Shown: positions 1-9,385 of the stretch, in pieces
Layout of the letters: the number at the start of each line of letters is the position of its first letter
Numbering within the stretch: position 1 is the stretch's first letter
Source of the DNA: Squalus acanthias
Lineage: Eukaryota
Length of the DNA stretch: 64,000 nucleotides
Assembly (NCBI GenBank): GCA_030390025.1
Contig: CM059432.1
Location: 121,212,001 to 121,276,000 of the forward strand
Reading direction: 5' to 3'
Notes under the pieces: model-generated
What the model was told of the DNA's origin: nothing
Seen by the model: only the letters and a program-made list of their open reading frames with translations
Databases searched by the model: none
Position numbers and translations under genes: made by a program

Positions 1-704
1 CTGCGTACTCTCGCGTATTCTGTCTCCAATTGCCAGTTTTCTGCATGCACTGCGCATGCGCTGAAAACCGGCACTTGGTGAATGGAAAAGGGGGCGGTTC
101 CTAGCTGAACCGCGTGCGCGCTACAGGCTGCGCGCATGCAGTGCACTTAGTGGTTTCAACGCGCAGGTAAGTACGGAAGATTTTACACATAAAAAAAGGA
201 GGAGTAAGACCCACTTTTAACAAGGTAAGTAGTGAATTAAGTATTATTTTGAATTTTTTTTAACAGGTATATCTTTTTTAGAGACTTTAAAGACAGGTAA
301 GTTTATTTTTATAACTTTTTAAAAGATTTAAAATTTTTTCAAAAATTTTATTTTTTATTTAAAATGGTTAATTTATTTAACTATACTTATTTTATTAATG
401 TGATGGTTTTTTTTTAATTTAATTGAGGTTTAGCTGTTCTTTTGGGGGGTGTAAGATTCATAGCTTTCACAGCACTTATGTGAAAGTTATGAATGGAAGA
501 TGGTGTGCTGCCATTGGCTCTAACTGAGTCACGTGATCCCACAGCTCGCACGAATTAACTACGCCTGTGGGATACGCAAGCCCAGCACAGCAGCTGTCCA
601 GAACATCAAGTTCGTGCGAGCTGGAACTGAAAAAGCCAACGCGCAGTGAGAGATCGCGGGGAAGCCTTTCCCTCGCACGAAGGCTTCCTCACGAATTTTT
701 GGGC
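1..704. mobile_element. Right part of a non-autonomous Harbinger-like TIR element (left end outside the window)
   Basis: CpG-rich subterminal sequence, AT-rich core, ends in cgaatttttgggcc, resembling the GGSCY-GAAATT-type termini of other elements in the window. Confidence 0.4.
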
Positions 705-779
705 CAATGTGTGGGTAGGGGAGACTCTTCATGCCAGTAATAGTTGCGACACCGCAGAAATATGAGGTCACAGTGGAGT

Positions 780-895
780 CCCTCGCCTTGTTACTCCTGG
801 TGAGGTCATTGAACTTTTTCCGGCACTGAATCCAGGTTCACTGCGCAGTGCTGCTGGGATAGACTTGATCAGCCACTTCCTGCCAACCCCTCTGA
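780..895 (-). pseudogene. Remnant of a Harbinger Myb/SANT-like gene, exon 1
   Basis: Minus-strand translation WQEVADQV...TWIQCRKKFNDLT with an internal stop; same motif as the other Harbinger Myb ORFs here. Confidence 0.65.
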
Positions 896-1299
896 CCCAA
901 CCTTCAGCTGAACTGCCAAAACTTTGGCTGGGGGGGTGGGCGGCGGAGTGGGGGGGGGGGGGTTAGGCGGCGGGGTGGAGGTGGGAAACAGGAGGATCCT
1001 CCTGTACTGCACTCACTGCAGAAAACTTTCTGCTGCCTCTCCCTCAAAGCAAAGTGCAATGCTACTGCCGTGACTGCTCCCAAATATTGCCCTCAGACTC
1101 TGCCACTGTATCAGCAGGCACCTTTTTTTAAAAAAAAAGGAGTGACCCATTTAAATTACTGGAGGCCTTTAAGAGCTACAGTAAACCATAGATTCCCATC
1201 CCCTAATGGACGAGCAGTGAATAGGGGGGTAATCCTACCTGGCACTCGCCAGCATGGCGCTAATGAGCTGAACACCAAAATATGGTAGGTTCAGCAGAC

Positions 1300-1552
1300 T
1301 TCAAGTTGAGTTCATTTAAGACAGAGATAAGGAAGAATTTCTTCTTTCAGAGGGTCGTGAATCTTTGGAATTCTCTACCCCAGAGAGCTGTGGAGGCGGA
1401 GTCATTGAATATATTCAAGACGGAGATTGACAGACATTTGAACTACAAGGAAGTCAAGGGGTATGGGGAGAAAGCGGGAAAGTGGTGTTGAGGCCAAGAT
1501 TGGATCAAGGGGCCGATTGGCTTACTCCTGCTCCTGTTTCTTATGTTCTTAT
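1300..1552 (+). mobile_element. CR1-type LINE 3' fragment
   Basis: FKTEIRKNFFFQRVVNLWNSLPQRAVEA C-terminus plus the tactcctgctcct...ttatgttcttatg tail. Confidence 0.85.
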
Positions 1553-2519
1553 GCACCACCTCATTTACACTGGAGCAACTGGTCAGTACTAAAAGTGGGG
1601 CGACAGACTTCAGCTGGAAGAAGTAAACAGCTCCTTTTGTTTATATGGTTTGCAACCTATGCAACTTATTGACCATAAATGTTATTCCTAATAGTTCTTC
1701 AAGTTTGACAACTCTGGCTAATGTAATGAATATCTAATCCGAAAATATTATAAATACATCATTGTGTAAGTTACCAGCTCCATTCCCTGTCCTTCAGCTG
1801 AAATTATAAAAGAAAATGAAAAATTGCTTCCACTATAACGTATCAAGAGCAATTCAACAAGATGAATGCATTTCAAAAGTGCTCACAGAAAACTCAAATA
1901 TTTTCCTCCCAACATCATTGTCTGATATACAATCATATCTAGAATAGGGCTTTAAAATGCGCTATATCAAAAAAAAAATCAATGGATGGAAAACCAGACA
2001 AATCGCCCGAATGTGCACCAACTGTTGAACTTGCAATGGTTTCTGTCCTTCTGAGGATGTCATAGTGCAACTTGTAGGGTGAGCTAGTTGGACAATTTGA
2101 ACAGCTGCAGAGGTTAGTTATGCTGCTCATTGATTAAGAGATTTTTGTTTTAATAATTATTGATCTGTCGACTCATTTGATTCCAGGAAATGAGTCTAAT
2201 TCTGTTTTTCTGCTTGTACAAGGCAATGTAGCCTCTTAAACAAATTCACCTCTCATGCTGACATGGTTGTGCTACCCTTGTCTCCACTGCACATGTACAG
2301 TGGCACTCAGAGTTTCAGAGGCAGCGGCAATGCCCAGTGCAGTGAGAGGGGGAAGATGGGGAAGTAGGAAGGGGAAAGCTTGGACTCACAGCAGTAAGTA
2401 GATAGAACCATGACAGCACAATGTGCTTCAGTCTCCGGGGCGTTACATTAATCTCCAGTGGAGTTATACCTACAACATAAAGAGTTGGGCAGACCACCAT
2501 TTTCCTACAGACTAGCCGG

Positions 2520-2858
2520 AGTCGGTGGTGCAGTGGTAATGATTTGCAGTTTGATGTTGGTCCACTCTCTTTCAGATGAAAAGTTAAACCAAGGCTCCGT
2601 CTGTCCTCTCAGGTGGATGTAAAAGATCTCATGGTATTATTCAAATAATACCTAACCAAAATCACTAAAACAGATGATCTGGTCATTTATCTCATTGCTG
2701 TTTGTGGGAGCTTGCTGTGCTCAAATTGGCTGCTGTGTTTCCCAAATGTTACAAAAGTGACGACACTTCCCAAAAATGCTTCATTGACCGTAAAGCGCTT
2801 TAACACGTCCTGAGGTCGTAAAAGGCGCTATATAAATATAATTAGTTCTTTCTTTCTC
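2520..2858 (+). mobile_element. SacSINE1/AmnSINE-like Deu-domain SINE
   Basis: Deu-like core cagatgaaaagttaaaccaaggctccgtctgtcctctcaggtggatgtaaaagatc and L2-like tail aaaggcgctatataaat. Confidence 0.75.
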
Positions 2859-5001
2859 TGCTATAAATTTGACTGCCAATTTATATCAATGCCAGTGAGA
2901 TTACAGTGCCAAATTCTAGCCTGGAAACCACATTAAACGTTAACAGGAGGTGGCCACCGGGGACCCAGGGGAAGGGTCCCCAGCACAAAGTAAGTGCTCT
3001 GGAAAGGGAATCCCGGTCGTGGGGGGAGGGGGAGGCCAGAGCAGAGGAGACCCAAGGTTTCCTTTTACGTCAAGAGGAGAGCACCCTGCTACTCCTGGCC
3101 CATGAGAAACCAAGAAAAAAAATGGGAGAACTGTTTGGCCTGGTGGGGAAGCCATCACTGCTCCTCTGCTCAGGTTTCAGGTTAAATGACGTCATTGGTG
3201 CCCGATTGGAAAAGAGGACCCCGCTGGCTTGGAGCGGGTGTCATTACCGCCTGCAATTTAAAATTGCAGTCGGCCAGATCGGGACGGGGAAAGGAGTGGG
3301 TAAGACCCCCGCTTGACGGAGTGCAGCTCAGAACAGAGTGTAAAGCTGCGAGTTTGGTGAGTGAGGGAGTGAATCTTAAAGGTTAATCACTTTTTTTTAT
3401 AAAATCTAGTCTTGTGTGCTTGCAATTAGCATTTAACTTAAATTTAACTTTACTGTTTCAAGTTTTAAGTTTCTTCCAGGCTTGGGCAGGGCTAAGCAAG
3501 CTCTGTGCTGGAGAGCAGGTGAAGTTGTCCATTTTGGCAGGAAGAATAAAAAAGAAGCATATTATCTAAATGGTATATACGAACATACGAATTAGGAGCA
3601 GGAGTAGGCCACTCGGCCCTTCGAGCCTGCTCCGCCATTCAATAAGCTCATGGCTGATCCGATTACTCCACATTCCCGCCTACCCCCAATAACTTTCACC
3701 CCCTTGCTTAGCAAGAATCTATCTACCTCTGCCTTAAAAATATTGAAAGACTCTGCTTCCACCGCCCTCTGAGAAAGAGAGTTCCAAAGACTCACGACCC
3801 TCTGTGAGAAAAAATTTCTCCTCATCTCTGTCTTAAAAGGGCGACCCCTTATTTTTAAACAGTGACTCCTAGTTCTAGATTCTCCCACAAGAGGAAGCAA
3901 CCTCTCCACATCCACCCTGTCCAGACCCCTCAGGATCTTATATGTTTAAATCAAGTCACCTCTTACTCTTCTAAACTCCAGCGGATATAAGCCTAGCCTG
4001 TCCAACCTTTCCTCATAAGACAACCCACCCATTCCAGGTATTAGTCTAGTAAACCTTCTCTGAACTGCTTCCAACGCATTTACATCCTTCCTTAAATAAG
4101 GAGACCAATACTGTACACAGTACTCCAGATGTGGTCTCACCAATGCCCTGTATAACTGAAGCATAACCTCCCTACTTTTGTATTCAATTCCCCTCGCAAT
4201 AAACGATAACATTCTGTTAGCTTTCCTAATTACTTGCTGAACCTGCATAGTAACCTTTTGTGATTCGTGCACTAGCACACCCAGATCCCTCTGTATCTTA
4301 GACCTCTGCAATCTCTCACCATTTAGATAATATGCTTCTTTTTTATTCTTCCTGCCAAAATGGACAATTTCACATTTTCCCACATTATACTCCATTTGCT
4401 AGATCTTTGCCCACTCACTTAACCTATCTATATCCCTTTGTCGCCTCCTTATGTCCTCTTCACAATTTACTTTCCTACCTATCTTTGTGTCATCAGCAAA
4501 TTTAGCAACCATACCTTCGGTCCCTTCATCCAAGTCATTTATATAAATTGTAAAAAGTTGAGGCCCCAGCACTGATTCCTGTGGCACACCACTCGTTACA
4601 TCTTGCCAATCAGAAAATGACCCATTTATGCCTACTCTCTGTTTCCTGTTAGCTAGCCAATCTTCTATCCATGCTGATATGTTACCCCCTACACCATGAG
4701 CTTTTATTTTCCGCAATAACCTTTGATGTGGCACCTTATCAAATACCTTCTGGAAATCTAAGTACAGTACATCCACCGGTTCCCCTTGTAATGGGTTTCG
4801 GTTCAGGGTGCTTGTGCGGGTTTAGGCCTTCGTTGCCTAATACTATTGCTTGCTCTGCTCTCTGGCCAGCCTTGTTGCAATAAGCACCTGTGAGTGGTTC
4901 GACCCACTCGCCCTTACGGTTCTAACACTGGACTTAGGTGCGAGAGCAGTAATGCAGAGAAAACTCAAATAGACCCGGTTGAATAGTACGAAATGGAAAC
5001 C

Positions 5002-5007
5002 TTTATT
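5002..5007 (-). promoter_or_regulatory. Candidate LTR polyadenylation signal AATAAA
   Basis: tttatt on the + strand, ~215 bp from the LTR 3' end; present in both LTRs. Confidence 0.55.
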
Positions 5008-5549
5008 GCATAACGTCCAAAATCATGAAGTACATGTCATAGGCACAAATTAATGACAGTACAAGTATACATACATTCATAAAACTTGGTCTAGGGTAAT
5101 GAGGAACGCACGGCACATCGTAAAAAGGGGAACACATTATATTTATCCTTAATAAAAACCACCCTCCCCTATCAATACCTACACTAATCTAGATTTGTAG
5201 GATCGGGAAACATGCTCACCACTCGTGATACTTCGGAGAATTTTAAACTAAGGCACTTGGCTTGTTTCGCTGCAGCACCTGACTGTCACGTGTTTGGAGG
5301 GGTCTCTGTACCCCACTTCTTCTCCTCTTCTTCTCGTCTCGTCTCGTCTTCTTCGGGCCTTCGGGTCCAAACACCATTTACCGACTCTCGGGATGGTGCA
5401 CCCGGTCACTGGCCTTCGTCGAGGCGACTCGTTCCGTTTGAGCCCCACCCAACATAGTCAACAGAGTCCAGAGAAAAACAGAAGGCTGCTCGTCCAGCAG
5501 AGCGATCCCCGAGGATCAGAATAGGAGAATAAAAGTTCAGCAGTCATCA

Positions 5550-5679
5550 CACAAAAATGTGTGGGTTAGGTTGATTTGGCTATGATAAATTGACCCTTAG
5601 TGTTAGGGGGGATTAAATATGTGGGGTTATGGGGATAGGATGGGATATGTTAGGGGGAATTAAATACGTGGGGTTACGG
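5550..5679 (+). repeat. Internal fragment of an HE1/V-SINE inside the 3' LTR only
   Basis: Near-identical to the reverse complement of ~19733-19863; absent from the 5' LTR. Confidence 0.85.
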
Positions 5680-6340
5680 GAGATAAGGCAGTCAAGAGTC
5701 AAGAGACTGATGGACATTTGTTGTCTATAGTTATAGTGCTGTGTTCCCTTATCTCCCGCCCAAATCTTAATGTTCATTCTTTGTAAAATCTTGGCGCTCA
5801 AAATTCCCAGGATGGGGTGATTCTTTCCTTTAATGGGTTTCGGTAGCACCTTAAACTGGCCAACTACCCGTTAATGTTTTCCCCATTGTCGAACCAGCTA
5901 GGAGTATCCCTGACTGGTTTGGGGCCTCCTCGAATAATGACTTAATCACCCGAGAATGGCTCTCTCATTGTAGAGCCGTGGGGAATTTGCGTATTGATGT
6001 GTCTGGATGGGCCTTCGATTGCCCATTACAATGGTCCTTACTTGTGCATGGAAAATGATTCCAGCACTTATATCTTTGCTTTTGTGTCAAATGCAGACAG
6101 GTTGCATCCTGTCTTTGTCAGTGTTTGCTGCGTATTAACCAATCTTATCCTGAAATGTTTATTCGAACGCCATTTTGTCTGCCAACTGAAAATTCTGGAA
6201 GCTTCTGCCACGAGGCACGGCGGCCATTTTACAGGCTTCTGTGTCCTGTTTAATCATGACAGCATTTCGTTGAAATAAAACTGATGAAACGAATCTGCTT
6301 TATCTCGTTATTTCGAATCGCGATAATTGCGAATTTTACA

Positions 6341-6352
6341 GTCCCTCCTGTT
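6341..6352 (-). other. Polypurine tract (AACAGGAGGGAC) abutting the 3' LTR
   Basis: Purine-rich run on the minus strand immediately before TGTAAAATT. Confidence 0.7.
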
Positions 6353-6774
6353 GATGCGAATAACTCCGCTTATCGTATCAATTAAAAGTGGTGGTGAGCA
6401 AAATTATCCCGATTCTCCACATCCAAACACTCCCTTAACTTAAACTATCTAGGGTCCCCATGCCGTCCTCATTTCCCAGGGAAAATTACATTATCTAACT
6501 TGGACAAAACCGTAGGCAGTATTGCCTTTTAAACTTACATCGCGTATACGTCTTCCAGGTGCAACAGGCCGATGCCTCTCGCACCACCTGTATATGTATT
6601 TTATTATGCAAGGAAAAAATAATCAAACAACCATTTTAAAAATACAAAAGTTAAAAATAATCAAAAACAACTCTTTTAAAATACAAAGTTCCAAACTTGG
6701 TTACATAGCTTCATAACTAACAATCAATTACAAAAAACACACATGGTAAAATGGAGCGGCGTCATCCTGGCCGT

Positions 6775-9104
6775 TTACGCGGCGCTTTCCTCGTGCACGC
6801 GCACGTAATGTTCTCTCCACTCTCCTGTGTTCTCCTGCTTTGTGAGGCGCTTGCCTCTCTTGCAGTGCACGACCAATAGGTACACTACAATTATTACTTG
6901 GCACACAACTAAAATGTGGGAGGCTATTCTGATCCATGAAGGCACTTCAATATTGGTGAACAGGTCCCACCACGGTGGGATTACTATGTCTAGAATTTCT
7001 GTCCCTATCTCGACAGTCTTTTGCTCTAGGGTGTAAAAATGTTTTTGCGATACCGCGACGGCTTTCAAAAGCTTGGTGAGGTGTTCAGGGAGAGGGGGAA
7101 TGATGTATCCAAAATGCGCGACGAATCGCTGCAAGTCGGTGAAATTCTCTTTTACTGTTAGATGAACAGTGGATGGTTCAGGGATCGGGACAATTCGCTG
7201 CTGTGCCACTTGAACTTCAGCCCTGGGTTTAAAACAGAAACTGCTGTCACTCACCGGACACCGGCTGCGGTTTCCATGCTGGTAGTGTTGCGCTGCAGTG
7301 GTAACGCAATATGTTCCACCCCCTATGTATGCCACCTGCGGAGGCACATGATCTTGTGTCATTGCCTCCATGGTGCAATTCATGGGCTTCGCGCCAGCCG
7401 TTCTGAACCCGCATTGTGGTGTTAAAAAGGCATTCAAGTGCTGGGGACACAGGATTATGTGTGCTCCCCGGCCACGACAACCAGAGAGATCTGTACCTGT
7501 CATCGTTTGCTCCCAGCGGATGACGTATGGTGGGACCGCTGCGTAGCGAATGTGGGCTCCCCCCTGAATGACACCAATGTTCTCTACCCGATACACCGGG
7601 GCGGGCTTTGCTGTGTCGCCCAAAACCGGCATACGTAATACTATACCCATGATGGTATGGTTTGATCGTCCGCAGTCCACGGGGACTGGGTATGCCTCTG
7701 AGGCTAGCCTGAGCTGGCACGGGCTTAATGCGTTCTGAAAAGGGTGGAGCGCCTGCAGGTGTTTGTTACTTATCCAGGACGGGACCAAACCTTGTTTTAA
7801 ATCCTCCAAATTACTGCGGCCCTCGCCCAGTAACCACGCCCCGTATAGTACGCACACCTCGTTCTGCGCAGCTTGATCGGATGCATTCCGATCTTCCCTA
7901 ATCAGGGCATTTACCGTTCTCGCATGCTTCTCCAGCTCTGCTATGATTTCTTTTAAGTGTAGCGTCATGGCCTGGTCCTCATGTAACTCAGACCCTACTA
8001 CCTTGTTTTCGCTTGTGAGGATGCTTTTTAATTGTGTTTTTAAACCATTGATCTGGGTCTGCAGCTCCACGTTGTCTAGAGCGTTGACCACAGATGTTCC
8101 TGTATTAAAGGCGGTGAACATATCGTTCACAATACCCCTTCTTTGTCTCCCCACCTGACCCAAAACTTCGTGTGGTGTGGTGTACAAGCTTGGCTTGTCA
8201 ATCTCTGCAAAATCAAACTCGTAGAATTGTCTAAACATATTTGTCAACAGGACCTGGTACAATTGTTCCGTCTCTTTGGGGCACCACTCTGGCAACCGCA
8301 CCTCGGTGAGATTTAAAATCACTGAGGCCACCGCGTAATGTACCCCCTGAAATAGTATCTGGTCTGTGGGGACCAGTACCAAACCATTCCCGGGCCCCTT
8401 ACTGGTTTTAGGGCACCCTTCCTCCTGAGCCAAAACCACCGGAATCGTGGGTGGGGCCTTGTGTGGGCGCGTTATGAGTTCAGTGGCGTTTACCGGGACC
8501 CCCTGGTGCTGACATCCCACCTCATCCCTTTCCCGTTATCCTGCCACTGGTTTACGAAAAATATGGATATACCCTTGGGGCAAACGTACTTCGATCCCCA
8601 CATACAAACATAAATTCCCTCATCCGGTTCCCACCATTTGTCCCAACAGACTTTCAATTGTCCGTTAGTCCCCGTAATTGTCCGATGGGTATTGTTACCC
8701 AATCGCTCCCACTCGACCGAGGAATTTCTCATATTCTTGCTCAATTTCCGTAACCACCACCATCGGCTCAATGGGACCTTCCCATTGCATGTCAAACAAA
8801 TCCTTTTGCCGACGGTGACGCTGATTCTGGGTGCAATGATCCTCACTCTGGGGCACAGTAAAGAAGTCTCTTTGTAGGCAAATCCCGATGCACTGGAGTA
8901 TTCCGTCGAATTCGTTCCCAGCCATCCCGGCCACCTTCCCTTGTGGAAATAAGTGGCGGTCTCCTCAGCCTTTCGCTTCCCGGTCCCATCCGTCGCGATG
9001 GGGGCCGTGTCCCTAGAGCAACCGAACACAATGACATCCTTGGTGAGGCCCCGATAGGCCAATCCATATCCGATCGCTGCGAGCACTATCAGAATCCTTT
9101 CCAT
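6775..9104 (-). CDS. env: Envelope glycoprotein in two overlapping frames (8490-9104 and 6775-8520): signal peptide, Ig-like domain, furin site RQRR, fusion peptide, heptad repeats, Cys-rich region, TM, tail
   Basis: MERILIVLAAIGYGLA signal; CLTC..WWW..DEGIYVC; RQRR|GIVNDMFTAFNTGTSVVNAL; TM IASHILVVCQVIIVVYLLVVHC; lies between pol and the 3' LTR. Confidence 0.85.
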
Positions 9105-9116
9105 CTTTCCTGGTTC

Positions 9117-9135
9117 CTGTGATCAGATAAAATGC
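9117..9135 (-). promoter_or_regulatory. Candidate env splice acceptor
   Basis: Minus strand cattttatctgatcacag|gaaccaggaaagATGG, 12 nt before the env ATG. Confidence 0.6.
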
Positions 9136-9385
9136 TGTAGCCAGCCTCCCAAGAGTCTCTGGCTTTTGTGAAGGGTGAGCGGGTCCCTTGACCTCGTCTC
9201 ACGCAAAAAGACATGTATGCTGGATAGACTTTAACTATTCCTATCTCTAAACTCCCATCATTTATACCATTTTCTGTTAAAATTTAATCTACAAACTTAA
9301 CCTGATTTAAAAACTATAAACTTAAACTTATAAACTTATCCTAAACTTAAACTGTACAGCGCCGCCCGTTCCCAGGGCGGCCTAC

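Larger units (their letters stand above)
4787..6340 (-). repeat. 3' LTR (1554 bp including a ~130 bp SINE-derived insert)
   Basis: Direct repeat of 15517-17689; preceded on the minus strand by a purine tract. Confidence 0.95.

Noticed and set aside
5590..5680. CRISPR-like or novel repeat array
   Set aside because: Only two units, and they belong to the HE1 SINE internal duplication; the context is eukaryotic.
5212..6278. ORFs duplicated at 5212/16691, 5248/16727 and 5994/17343
   Set aside because: They recur only because they lie in the LTRs; short, with no recognisable domains.
8490..8535. Programmed -1 frameshift in env at GGGAAAG
   Set aside because: The run is phased GGG AAA G in the upstream frame, not X XXY YYZ; a simple indel is more likely.
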